Positions 22,727 through 34,173 of a stretch of 64,000 nt of DNA are shown piece by piece. The DNA lies in the NCBI GenBank assembly GCA_963786955.1, contig CAWBAT010000008.1, positions 320,001 to 384,000 on the forward strand. The letters are read 5' to 3'. The position numbers were made by a program, and so were the translations under genes. Position 1 is the first letter of the stretch. Every line of letters starts with the position of its first letter. The notes under the pieces were generated by a model, which ran no database searches, was not told the DNA's origin, and worked only from the letters and a program-made list of their open reading frames with translations. Source of the stretch: an uncultured Acidimicrobiia bacterium (GTDB lineage: Bacteria; Acidobacteriota; Terriglobia; Versatilivoradales; Versatilivoraceae).

Positions 22727-24849
22727 CTAATCCGGTTTGATGCTTAGTATCGTCGCTGTCCTCGGGGGGATCATCCAACTCACCGGGCTGCCTCGAGACA
22801 ACCCGGTTTTGAATTTTGAATCAGGGTATTCAGCCTGAATGCTAAAGTGCGTTCCCTGGGTAAGGCCAATGGATTCATCGAGACTGAAATTAGCGGGTTG
22901 AGCCTCGGGATTGGGATTAAACAGGAACAAATAGCCATGATCCTGCAGAAGGTGTGCGGAGCCATCGATTTTGCCGGCCTGGGGCCAGTCTGGAAGATCC
23001 TGGCGTACCATGAGATAGACGGCATGGGCGCGTCCCCAATCCAGCCACTTCTTGATCTCTCGCTTGTCTGCCTCCGGCAAGCCGCTTTTGGCGGGGAGGT
23101 AATAGAGTTGGTTGGGAGAACTTGAAATAGCGCTTAGCATGATGTAGTCGATGGCTTCACTGGTCCAGGGACGGCCGTGGGGCGGGCCCATCAGGGGTGG
23201 ACCGACAAAGACTTGTGGCCAATCGATGTAGTGTGGGAAGAAATGATGATGCACCCGGATGCGTGACCAGCGACGAATCTTGTCCCCCAGCACCATATTC
23301 ACGGGCTGTCCACTCAATCCCGGAAGAGCTTCGGGTTCACTGAGCTCATCAATCGTAAAAACAGCATCCACGTTATGCTGTGAGAATACGCCTTGATCCA
23401 TGGGTGGACGGCAAACCGTAATATAAGTGTCCGGCTTCAATTTTCGGACATTCTCAATGAGCTCTCGGAGAGCTCGATCACAGGCATAAGTAGCGTCACC
23501 ATAGAGGTGGTCATGGTCTTTCTTCGGGCAATCCACTCGGGTGATCACGCCGCCGCCTCCAAAGAAATCCCCATCCATTACCCAGGAAGGGAAATAACCG
23601 GTCTTCATTCCATCCAGGCTCAGTTGGTTAATCCAGTCCCGGAAGGGTTTGTTGGCGATGCAATTCCCTTGGATATTTTGAAAGAAAATTTTCCCGGAAA
23701 GAAATGTTCCCTTCAGCCGTCGCCTATCCGGGAACATGGTCCATTCTGGAATATCCGGAAGAAAGGGCCGCCCCTTTTTCTCCCACCAAGGATTGGAGTT
23801 GTTCATCGTAGGCCAAAAGGCCATTTTCAGACCGATGCGCTGGGCGTATTCATATTTCTTGGAAGCGATCGGGCCGGGTTGGTACCGGTCATTGAGGCGG
23901 AGACTATTCATCAGACTCGATCTCGCCCCCCCAGGGAATATTGTCTGTAACCCAGTCAATCCCTACTTCTTTAATCAAATCAAGCGCGCGCAGATCCGAC
24001 TCCAGGGCGGCTTCGTCTTTGTACTCGAAATGCTCCATTTCACACCAGTAACCACAGGCCGCTGGCGCGAAAGCTGTGACGCGGAGGGCCAAGCAGCTTG
24101 CTGGTCATAGCTACCATGGCAGCGGATTCCGACTGTAGTGGCAAGCCGAGTTCCTCTCGATCTAGCGCTCGCCGTTTGTATACACCGAGATAGACAGGTT
24201 CTGATTCCAGCCATTCATTGGCCTTAACTTTTAGGCTGGGCGCGTAGCCTAAACTGAGCGTTCTGCCCCACAGCTCCGAGTCATCGAATGGCATTTCCAT
24301 TCCAGTGAAAATGCCTCCTTTCGTGGTTCGACCGAACCAGGTAACCGTCTTCTGATGGGGATATCGAATTAGAACGAAATCTTGTTCCGGAAACTTCATT
24401 CGGCTTACAACGACATTTTTCCAACCAAACGGGGCAGAGGACCGTAAAGATAATTTCTTAGTGAGGAAATGATCAGATTGTTTCAGGACATAGGTTGATT
24501 TCACTTCATACCCACTGGAGACATAGATCGCTTCAAGGCTTTCAGGGCTGAGTCTTTGGAGTGACTGCAGCTTCATTTTCTTCGGCTCGAGCGTGAATCC
24601 TTCGGTTTCAACCCAGAAACCTTCTTCGCTAATGCCCAGTGTTTCACCAGTGAGTTTGTTGACCACTGAGGAGATCAGGCCGGTGGCAGGATCGAATGTC
24701 ATTCCGATAAGATTGTTCTCGAGGGAGAGTCTCTCATTCGCGGTACATAGCGGAGCGACCAGCAGTATTGCGGGGAGGACAAGAAAGAACGAAATCGCAG
24801 CTCTCATTCTTGAAACAGAAGGACTCAGTCTAGAAGAATGACTCATCAT
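22727..24849 (-). CDS. Large secreted hypothetical protein, possibly a glycoside hydrolase, frameshifted
   Basis: Signal peptide, LENNLIGMTFD N-terminal beta domain, WVMDGDFFG, C-terminal GYLFLFNPN; consecutive same-strand ORFs. Confidence 0.6.
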
Positions 24850-25070
24850 CGATAAGGGACTCTCTCCTTAGATTAGTGAATTAGAAAATCGAATGTCGAA
24901 CCTGTGTGAATCCGTAATCTACATTTTCGGGTTAATTATCCTTCCGCTTTCATGACCCTTAAGGCCTAAATCTCGGCTAATCAATTTTCGCTAGAATTGC
25001 TTGGTGTGTCTTGGTCCAAGGTTTGGAGTGAATGCAAGAAGAGCATACTCCATCGGCGCCGGGATACTTA

Positions 25071-25197
25071 GTGCTGCTATTCGTAAATACGGTGACGTTT
25101 TTGAGGTTAGGCGCCGCGTGGGGTCACGCGGCCTACAAAGTTTTAGGCCAGGTCACCGACCTGGCGTTAACGTCACCGTATTTATGAAATGCAGTAC
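25071..25197. mobile_element. MITE-like element with GT(A/G)CTGC...GCAGTAC ends carrying a family A REP doublet
   Basis: About 29-bp imperfect terminal inverted repeats (gtgctgctattcgtaaatacggtgacgtt / aacgtcaccgtatttatgaaatgcagtac); copies at 49202-49344 and 33487-33569 (partial). Confidence 0.75.
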
Positions 25198-25286
25198 CTA
25201 GTCCTCACCGTATAGGCTGCACGGAAATCATGTTGGAATCATATGAATGGCGTCAAAACCTTGTCAACTCAAAAGTCAGGAATAAG

Positions 25287-25454
25287 GTAATGCGTTAGTT
25301 ATCGGGGGAATTTCTGGTAGGGCGCGCTCGCCGAGCGCGCCGCGGACGGCCCGGCGGTCCGTCCCTACCCACTCAGCCGCTACAGAAGCGACAATCTCAA
25401 ATCGTCACCGAAGGCCTTGCCCTTACAGATTTCCCCCCGTAACTAACGCATTAC
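25287..25454. mobile_element. MITE-like element with GTAATGCGTTAGTTA terminal inverted repeats carrying a family B REP doublet
   Basis: Perfect 15-bp TIR; flanks ggaataag / ggaagaag; near-identical partial copy at 36646-36787. Confidence 0.75.
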
Positions 25455-25583
25455 GGAAGAAGAACCTTTAGGAAACGACTACTTCGTTGGATGGCACCTT
25501 TACCGAGGCGAGGCGCCGGGATCATGTCTACATCTCGGTGGTAGCGTAGGATCAAAGGGGAGATGAGAACTCAATTCATGAGG

Positions 25584-26111
25584 TCAAATCGAATCGAATT
25601 CGCGCAACATGTACTGATAGAAAGGATCGCTAATGTAGTTTCGGACCCAATTTAGGGTGTGCACGCAACTTTCAAACTGCTCCGAAAGCTTGCGAAAAAT
25701 GACGAAGGGAGGTTGGAGGTTGTTCATTTCCGAAAGAATCATGTAGGAGCGTCTGCCCTGATCTGCGTAATAGTTCAGACTAATGCAACGTTTGCCATGG
25801 TTGAGGCTTTCGGGAAATAATCCCAGGATAAAAAGGCTGAAGTCTCCCACGTGCTTGTAAATGTCCTTCTTATCCACCTCATTGGACTCATCCGTCTTTT
25901 GCAGTAAATCGACGAGATACTCCAACCGACGACCATGCTCGTCCCGAATTTTGTAAAGATTGTCTACATGAATGAACTCAACGAGCAGATTGGACAAATA
26001 CTTATGGATTTCCCGATCCGAAAGGCGTGTCTGTTGAGAGCCTCGTTCGGTCAATGCATGGAATGTCTGCCGAACCGGGTGGTCGGACGGCACTTCTCTT
26101 TCGGAGACCAT
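25584..26111 (-). CDS. Conserved hypothetical protein
   Basis: Intact 175-aa ORF with GAGGAGG RBS; YLSNLLVEF, KHVGDFSLFILGLFPE, YYADQGRRSY. Confidence 0.75.
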   Translation of the reverse strand: MVSEREVPSDHPVRQTFHALTERGSQQTRLSDREIHKYLSNLLVEFIHVDNLYKIRDEHGRRLEYLVDLLQKTDESNEVDKKDIYKHVGDFSLFILGLFPESLNHGKRCISLNYYADQGRRSYMILSEMNNLQPPFVIFRKLSEQFESCVHTLNWVRNYISDPFYQYMLREFDSI

Positions 26112-26327
26112 AAAACCTCCTCATTGATTCCATCGTGGAGCCCTTTGTCTTCATTTATCGTTCGCGGCGCGTCGTAATTATTAAAGTTAAATGCAATGGT
26201 CATAGTTTTTAAATGCGATTTTATCTGGACAGTCGGCCAGCCTGAAACGCTCGTTTTCCTGATCGGTTGGGATCGAAGCTAAATAAAGGTAGGGCGGTCT
26301 CGCCGAGACCGCCGATTTGGCTGCGCA

Positions 26328-26710
26328 CCCGGCGGTCGCGCCCTACCTGGAAACGATCTCATAAAGTCTGCAATGCGCAGGCCAGAGGCCCGCACCACAA
26401 GGCTGAGGTTGTGGCGACAGGCGTCCACGCCTGCACTTGATGCTCTGAAATTATTCGCCCGGCGGTCGTGCCCTACCTGGAAACGATCTCATAAAGTCTG
26501 CAATGCGCAGGCCAGAGGCCCGCACCACAAGGCTGAGGTTGTGGCGACAGGCGTCCACGCCTGCACTTGATGCTCTGAAATTATTCGCCCGGCGGTCGCG
26601 CCCTACCTGGAAACGATCTCATAAAGTCTGCAATGTGCAGGCCAGAGGCCCGCACCACAAGGCTGAGGTTGTGGCGACAGGCGTCCACGCCTGCACTTGA
26701 TGCTCTGAAA
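26328..26710. repeat. 130-bp tandem repeat, about 3 copies, built from REP units (BIME-like)
   Basis: Units start at 26328, 26458 and 26588 and are nearly identical. Confidence 0.92.
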
Positions 26711-28379
26711 ATGACCGCCCGGTAGGGTCACCGGGCCTCCAATGGCTTCAATCAAAGATCCGCTGCGTTCCTGGGGTGCTCGTTCGCTTACAGAAGACCT
26801 GAAGATCCGGTAATCCAGTTCGCCAAAGAGATTATCTTTCTCTTCCAATTCGCCCAGGTAGGCAGCGTTTAGTTGATTGCACAATAACCCTTCTCGCAAC
26901 TTTTGGAAATGCGTGATGTGATCGGTAAAACGGCGTTCGGCATAGCCAGCGGAGTTGCGCTCAGTCATATGGAAAGCCCAGTCGCTGCTTTGCGCCAACA
27001 GGAGTTCTCTGGCCGCCTGGTTCAGCCCACGCTCAATAACGCCTTTCGGCTCTCGGAACTGGTCTGCCAATTCAACCATGGCGTTCTCTGCCCAATGCTG
27101 GTGCTTATACAGCCACTGATTATTCTCATTAAGCCAAACGCGGTAATATCCTTCATTCCCCCAGCTTGAGCCGGTGGGCTCCATCCTGAATGGGTTTGGA
27201 AATTCTGTCAGAACGTCGGACAAGCTGACCAGGCGGATGTCCGAAGATTGGAGGGATGTCTGCTGCATGACCTGCTCGAGAAAGATGGGCCCTTCGTGCC
27301 ACCAGTGACCAAATAACTCCGCGTCGAAAGGAGAAACGACTACGGGGTTGATCTTGAGGGCTTGTGAGAGGTGGTCAATTTGCGAGCGACGTTGCGCGAT
27401 AAAGTGGCTGGCATGATGATGAGCACGCACCAGCGCTTTCTGAGGATCATAAGGGGCCCGCTGGCTCAAATCGTTACCCCCGGAAATGCGGTGATATTTG
27501 ATCCCAATATTTCGTCGGATACCATCGGGGTGAAGAAACGGCCGGATATACTGGTAAGGAGCATCGAACCCTAGATCCCGATAAAATTCGCGATAGTTCA
27601 CATCGCCAGGATACCCTACTTTGGAATTCCACACCTGAAGACTGGATTCCATATCCCTTCCAAATGAAATGATGTCTGGCCGGTGTTCTTACAGGAGCGA
27701 AAACGCCCTGGGGAGGTCGAGGCTTGCCAAAGAGGAGCCCATGAGCATCCAGAATGAGGTAATCGAATCCAGCCTTTTTAATGAGAGAGTCCATGCCGGG
27801 TTCATACCCACATTCCGCCAGCCAGAGCCCACGCAAAGGTTCATGAAAATGGCGCTTATAAGTGATCCGCGCCATTTCGAGCTGTGCGTTCCGAACCTGT
27901 TCCATCGAGATGAATGGCATGAAGGGATGAGTGCCCGGACAAGTAATGATTTCGAGAATTCCTTGTTCCTGAAGTTCGGCGAAGGCATTCAACAATCGGC
28001 AATGGAAACGGGATTCAAAAAGAGCATGGGCCTCCCGGAAGTTGTGGCGATACAAGATGGCCAGCGCATGAAATTCTGGCGAATGGCGTGTGCGGGCAAC
28101 CTCTTGTTCGGATAATTCCATTCGGTTGGTGAGGTAGCGCAAGGTGCGGAATTGGAGAAGAGGATCGGCCAGCATCTCGGTAAGGGTAGGAGAAATTGAG
28201 AGCGTCAGGCGAGACTGCACACCGTCGCGGACGAGTCTTTGGAGGGACAGAATCAAAGGGATATAGGCTTCTGTGACGGCTTCAAACAGCCAGTCTTCTT
28301 CCAGAAAGGGGTCATGCTCAGGATGTCGAACGAATGGCAGATGAGCGTGGAGGACAAGGGCAAGGTAGCCTCGGCTCAT
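26603..28379 (-). CDS. GH57 1,4-alpha-glucan branching enzyme (DUF1957), frameshifted
   Basis: [59 protein letters not shown]. The ORF tail runs into the repeat array. Confidence 0.92.
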
Positions 28380-28382
28380 AGT

Positions 28383-30625
28383 TCAGGAGGGTCTCAATCT
28401 CATCACCAGCATCGCCAAGGGTGGAAGCGTCAGATTCAGGCGGCACGGCCAATTTCTCCAGGAAGTTTCCTCGGCCTCTAATCGCGCCCAGGTTGCCGAT
28501 ATTGCGCCCGCCGTAATAGGCGGAATCACTATTCATGATTTCTTCGTAGTAACCGGGCTGAGGAACGCCGATTCGGTAATTATCCCGGACTAAGTGGAGT
28601 GAAATTGTAGATGAAGATTAGATTATCCTCGGGGTTCTTGGCTTTCCTCATGAAACTGACCACACTGTTCTCGTTATCGTGAAAATCAATCCACTCGAAA
28701 CCGCTGTAATGAAAATCCACTTCATACATGGAGGGCTGAGAAAGGTAAAGGTGGTTCAGATCGTGGACAAATTTTTGAAGTTTCTGGTGAGGTTCCCAAC
28801 GCAACAGTTCCCAATTCAGGCCGGCATTGTGATTCCATTCATCCCATTGCCCAAACTCGCCTCCCATGAAAAGCAGCTTTTTTCCCGGGATGGCCATACA
28901 TGTAGCTGTAAAGGAGGCGAAGATTGCTGAATTTGTCTTCCATGAAAAAGCCCGGCATCTTGCCGAGCAACGACCCTTTCATATGCACGACTTCGTCATG
29001 GGAGAGCGGGAGGATAAAATTCTCCGTGAAGGCATACATCAACGCAAATGTTAGATCGTTCTGGTGAAATTTACGATAGATCGGATCGTTGGAGAAATAC
29101 GACAAGAGGTCATTCATCCACCCCATGTTCCATTTCATGCTGAATCCCAGCCCTCCCAGGTAAACAGGCCGCGAGACCATGGGCCAGGCCGTCGATTCTT
29201 CTGCAATGGTTAAGACTCCGGGATGGTATTGGTGGGCAAGCTCGTTAAACCGCTTGATAAAATCAACGGCTTCGAGGTTTTCATTTCCGCCATAGATATT
29301 GGGAATCCATTCACCAGGCTGTCGCGAATAATCCAGATAAAGCATCGACGCAACCGCATCCACGCGCAATCCGTCAATATGATATTGGTCGAGCCAGAAA
29401 AGGGCATTCGACAGAAGATAGTTTCGGACCTCATTACGTCCGTAGTTAAAAATGAGTGTCCCCCAGTCTTGATGTTCGCCCATTCTCTTATCCGCATGCT
29501 CGTAGAGATAGGTTCCATCAAAATAGCTGAGGCCGTGGCCATCTTTGGGGAAGTGCGCTGGAACCCAGTCCAACAGAACCCCGAGCCCGGATTGATGGCA
29601 ACGGTCTACGAAAGACTTAAATTGTTCAGGGGTCCCAAAACGGCTGGTCGGTGCAAAATATCCGATGGTCTGATACCCCCAGGAGCCATCAAAGGGATGT
29701 TCCATGACGGGTAACAGCTGGATATGCGTGTACCCTAAATCGCACACATAGGAGATGAGACGATCTCCCAACTCATCATAGTTGAGATAACGATTCTTTT
29801 CTTCGGTGACTCGCATCCACGAGCCCAAATGGACTTCATAGATCGCCAAAGGGGACTCAAACCAATTCTTTTTTTGCCGCAGCTCCATCCAATCCCCGTC
29901 CTGCCAGACGTACTTGTTGATGTCATGGACGATGGAGGCAGTTTTCGGAGGGACGTTCGAAGTAGGTCCCATAGGGATCCGACTTAATGGCCAGATAGTT
30001 GTTATACCGGGATTTGATTTCAAACTTATAGACACAACCCTCCCCTAAACCAGGAATGAAGATTTCCCAAATCCCGGTGCTTCCACGAACACGCATCGGA
30101 TGGCGTCGTCCATCCCAACGGTTGAAATCTCCAATGACACTGACACGGGCAGCATTTGGCGCCCATGCGGCAAAATGAACGCCGCTGACTCCTTGAATGG
30201 TCCGAAGGTGACCGCCTAGTTTTTCGTATTTTTTGAAATGGGTTCCTTCTCCCATCAAGTGCAGATCAAAATCGGTGAGTATGGGAGGAAAGATATAGGG
30301 GTCGACAAATTGGGATATGATTTCCCTCATGATCCAGAACTCGAATCTCGTACGGAAAGACTTGATCGTGATCGTTAAAGACAGCTTCAAAAAGTCCTTC
30401 CCCGCGGATTTTTCGCATCGCAACGGGGAATCTGACCCGTCCTTCCGGGACAATCCAGGCTTGGCTGGCTTCAGGGAGAAAAGCTCGGACAACGACAACG
30501 GAATGAGGAGTGGAGCCTTCGTCAGGCGAAATCTCCACAACATGCGCACCCAAGACATGAAAAGGATCAGAGTGATCAGAGTGGATCGACTAAGTCAAAT
30601 TCTTTTCCATCGAATCCAGTAGCAT
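28383..30625 (-). CDS. glgB: GH13 1,4-alpha-glucan branching enzyme, several frameshifts
   Basis: [72 protein letters not shown]. Confidence 0.95.
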
Positions 30626-30698
30626 TTAGCCTTTCTATCTCACCAGAAGAAACTCGTTGGCCTGGGCGTACTCCTCCTTAATTCTTTCCGCGTCCATT

Positions 30699-31334
30699 CT
30701 ATTCTTTTTCCAGAATTAACGTGACCTCCAAAGTGGATTCCACCCTCGATGGTTTGTCAGGAGGATCGGGTTGTTTTAATTCTCGTTTCAAGCCCGTCAA
30801 TTCGACCAGGCTGGAAAGTAGTTTTGTCGTTTCAGGGCAATCCTCGATTTCTAAGGTCAGCCTGGGCAATGGAGTCACTGGAGTTTCAACTTCGTTGGAC
30901 GCAAACACCGAGACCGCCCCAAAATCTTCCGAATGGAGACAAAGTTCGGCCTGGTACCGGCTGCCAGGCAGGCTGCAAACCACCATTCCGAAGCAGCCCC
31001 GGAATCAAAGGCCTGGTAAGAACCCTCGCTAATTTCAATCCACTTCAGGATCATGCGAAAAGCGGATGTTCTTCCTTGGGAAAGGGTGCTAACGCTTTCT
31101 GAAGACGCTCTCGCGTGATCTCCCAATAGGCAAACACTCGAAACGGACTTTGAACCATAAGCTGGAGACGATCTACATTGTATCGTTCGGGGAGTGGGGG
31201 TAACCCTTCAAAAGGAAAATGAACGGACGGATTCAGTCTCAAAGCAGAGGCGTCATTTTGAAAATCCGTGACGCCGATTTCCCAATTGCAAAGAGAAGTG
31301 GGTTGGTTCTTCCAACGGACTTTAACCTCTTCAT
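30699..31334 (-). CDS. DUF4912 domain protein, frameshifted
   Basis: LPERYNVDRLQLMVQSPFRVFAYWEI, PGSRYQAEL, ASNEVETP; sits upstream of glgB. Start approximate. Confidence 0.7.
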
Positions 31335-31510
31335 TTAGATGAACCGAGCTGAAATTCCGACTATGAAGTTATCAAAGGGGGAGGAGAAAGGCAAGCAAGC
31401 TTGACTCCCGAAAGCTCTCCTTCTAACCTATTTACGAATTGCCGAGCAATTGGCATTGAGGTCCGCCTCCGTGGCCGGGGCTAAGAAAATCTAGTTTGGT
31501 CGAACATTGG

Positions 31511-32373
31511 ATGCCTCATTCGGAGCCGCAAGGCTATCTTCAAGCCAAAACCGCAGCCAAATTTCTCCATACGCTTTTCCGTGAACATGGATTGAGAGAA
31601 CCCCCAAGTCTCGCGGTCATTTTGGGGTCAGGGCTGGGTGACTTTACGGATTCTTTGACCGCGGAAGTCAAGGTTCCTTATGATTCTATTCCCCATTTTC
31701 CTGCCCCATCGGTAGTGGGGCATTCGGGGAGTCTCGTGCTGGTTCGGCATCGCCGGCGTTGGTTGGTTGGACTCCAAGGGCGGTCCCATTTCTATGAAGG
31801 CTACTCCATGAGGACGGTGACTTTTCGCAGTTCGTGTCCTTGGGATGCTGGGGATCAAGCAACTCGTGGTGACCAACGCCGCGGGCGGAGTGAATCCTCG
31901 ATTTAAGCCTGGGGATTTCATGCTTATCTCTGATCATATCAGTTCATTTATCCCCAACCCATTGGTTGGACCTAATTGGAAAGATGCTGGCACTCGCTTC
32001 CCGGATATGAGCCAGTGCTATTCGCCCCGATTCCGCCAAATTGCCCATCAGTGTGCCAAGCAACTCAAATTGCGGTTAAGAGAAGGGGTCTACGTAGCGG
32101 TTTCAGGCCCAAGCTATGAGACACCGGCTGAAATCCGGATGTTTCAGCGATTGGGCGGGGACGCCATTGGAATGTCAACGGTGCCCGGAGATTATCGTGG
32201 CTCGCCAGATGGGTCTAGAGTGTTTGGGAATTTCTGTCATTACAAATATGGCCGCAGGATTGTCGAAAAGGCCTCTCAGCCATGCTGAGGTTCTGGCAAC
32301 AACAGAGCAACGGAAATCAGAATTTTTCACGTTACTGAAGAATGTCTGTAGTGAAATTCTCAGCTTGGAATGA
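31511..32373 (+). CDS. punA: Purine nucleoside phosphorylase (trimeric family), frameshifted
   Basis: ILGSGLG, GHSG, QGRSHFYEGY, TNAAGG, GPSYETPAE, IGMSTVP, ITNMAAG. Confidence 0.92.
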
Positions 32374-32376
32374 GCC

Positions 32377-32979
32377 ATGATTATTGGTATCTGCGGCGGA
32401 TCAGGTTCCGGAAAGACCACGGTTGCCAAGAAATTGGTTGAAGTTTTCGGAGAGACACAAACCGTTCTGCTGGCTCAGGATTCTTATTACAAGGACCACT
32501 CTGACCTGCCTCTGGAAGAGCGGGCCAAGGTCAATTTTGACCACCCCGAATCGGTTGATTTCGATCTCTTGATCGGGCATTTGCAAGCACTCAAGGGAAA
32601 TCAGCCGGTTGATCGTCCGCATTATGATTTTACACAGCATCTTCGTACCACCAGTGTTCAGCGCCTTGAGCCCAAGCCCATCATCATCGTTGAAGGGATC
32701 TTGATCCTTCATGAACCTCGATTGAGGGAAATGTTTGATCTAAAGGTCTTTGTGGATACCGATGCGGATATTCGCTTTATTCGCCGGCTAAGGCGGGATG
32801 TTCGCGACCGGGGCCGAACCATGGAGGCCGTCGTAGAGCAATACCTGAGTACCGTCCGTCCCATGCATCTGAAGTTCGTAGAACCTGGAAAGGAGTTTGC
32901 CGAGATCGTGATTCCTGAAGGCGGAAAAAATCCGACGCAGCGATTGATCGGGTGGTTCAAAGGGTCAAGACGCAGCTAG
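32377..32979 (+). CDS. udk: Uridine kinase
   Basis: IIGICGGSGSGKTT, QDSYY, NFDHP, IIVEGIL, RRLRRDVRDRGR. Confidence 0.95.
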   Translation: MIIGICGGSGSGKTTVAKKLVEVFGETQTVLLAQDSYYKDHSDLPLEERAKVNFDHPESVDFDLLIGHLQALKGNQPVDRPHYDFTQHLRTTSVQRLEPKPIIIVEGILILHEPRLREMFDLKVFVDTDADIRFIRRLRRDVRDRGRTMEAVVEQYLSTVRPMHLKFVEPGKEFAEIVIPEGGKNPTQRLIGWFKGSRRS

Positions 32980-33058
32980 TACCAAGTTGCACAAATTCGC
33001 GGTAATTGTTGTAGCCGGGGTCGTTGACCCCGGGCCTGAAGATTTGGATATTTCCTCT

Positions 33059-33297
33059 GCCCTGAAAGGGCAAGAGAAAATAGCCCAGGGCAGAGTGGAG
33101 GGCGAAGCCCGGAGCGGCGCCCTGGGTCACGGGACACCCACGAAGGGGCACCCTGAAGGGGTGCAACACAAATCTCGTCCGGATTGTCGTGCCATTTCAG
33201 GGCGCTGACGATTCATTGGGATCGCAACCCAGGGCGGCGCTGCGGGGCTTTGCCCCTGCGCTCTGCCCTGGGCTAAATTGTGGTGGCCCTTCAGGCC
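33059..33297. repeat. Multi-hairpin repeat element (CCCTGAAAGGG / CCCAGGG type, family F)
   Basis: gccctgaaagggc, cccagggc...gccctggg, caccctgaaggggtg, then mirrored units; same layout at 38509-38730. Confidence 0.75.
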
Positions 33298-33486
33298 GCT
33301 TGATATCTGAAGGTCTGCGAATGGACCGCTTCATAGACATATTTCCAAATGACGAAACGAAACGATAGCGCCACCAATATAAGCTTGGAAGCCTGCGCCG
33401 TTACTGAATCTGGGGTGCCAACAAATGTCCAATCTCCAACGCCGGGTCGGTGATGAAGTATTGAGAATACTTCATGCCTACACCTT

Positions 33487-33569
33487 TGTAGGCTTGGGGC
33501 TTTCTCAAAGCCCCAACCCCACGCGGCGCCCATCCTAAGATACGTCACCGTATTTCTGAAACGCAGTAC
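33487..33569. mobile_element. Partial GCAGTAC-ended MITE
   Basis: Near-identical to the right part of 49202-49344. Confidence 0.7.
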
Positions 33570-33695
33570 TTAGTTGCAGAATATATTATTGGAAATTAAG
33601 CGAGGTCACCTGAACGTGGAACGCTACGGCGAGCGTTCCCTACCAAAAATTCGGCATTTTTTCACACTTTCTCAGGGGCGAGGGGATGGTCGCTC

Positions 33696-33752
33696 TGGTA
33701 GGGCGCGCACGCCGTGCGCGCCGAATGTCCGCCCGGCGGTCCGTCCCTACCA
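33696..33752. repeat. REP doublet (family B)
   Basis: tggtagggcgcgcacgccgtgcgcgcc...cggcggtccgtccctacca. Confidence 0.8.
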
Positions 33753-33885
33753 ACTCAGCCGCGCGCGGTCACAAGAGTTCCTGAGACCTTGCGCCGCCAA
33801 GTCCTTGACTGCGTCACTAACGAATGTTTCGGCCGCCACGAGGACGTGTCAATCTGAATTCAGTAAAGCTGCTCATGATGACTAC

Positions 33886-34116
33886 TTACCGGACGGCCGC
33901 GGAAGAGAGCCCAGACTTTTTGGACCCCCGTGCTGCATAGAATCTAAACCGAACTGCGGCACTGTTGTTTGAGTAGTTCGACTTTGGAACTAGCCGCTCT
34001 GGATTAACTTCATCTTCAAGCACGTAATAACCGTCTGGCAGCCCATCCATCTCGACCCACTGGCAATCGAGATTTTGAGGTTAAACGTCGGTCCAGCCAA
34101 CCTGAAGGCCCTGCTT
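33886..34116 (-). pseudogene. C-terminal fragment of a second lysyl oxidase-like gene
   Basis: Translates KQGLQVGWTDV*PQNLDCQWVEMDGLPDGYYVLEDEVNPERLVPKSNYSNNSAAVRFRF; parallels the C-terminus of 34174-34983. Confidence 0.85.
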
Positions 34117-34173
34117 GCCGGTGGAAGTCGGCGCGGCCCCATTGATGAATATAATCTAACCCGGAGAAAACCC

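Noticed and set aside
26373-26700. Twin 65-aa ORFs as duplicated peptide genes
   Set aside because: They are translations of the REP tandem array with no RBS or protein features.
26328-26710. CRISPR array
   Set aside because: The whole 130-bp unit repeats, there are no unique spacers, and no cas genes are present.
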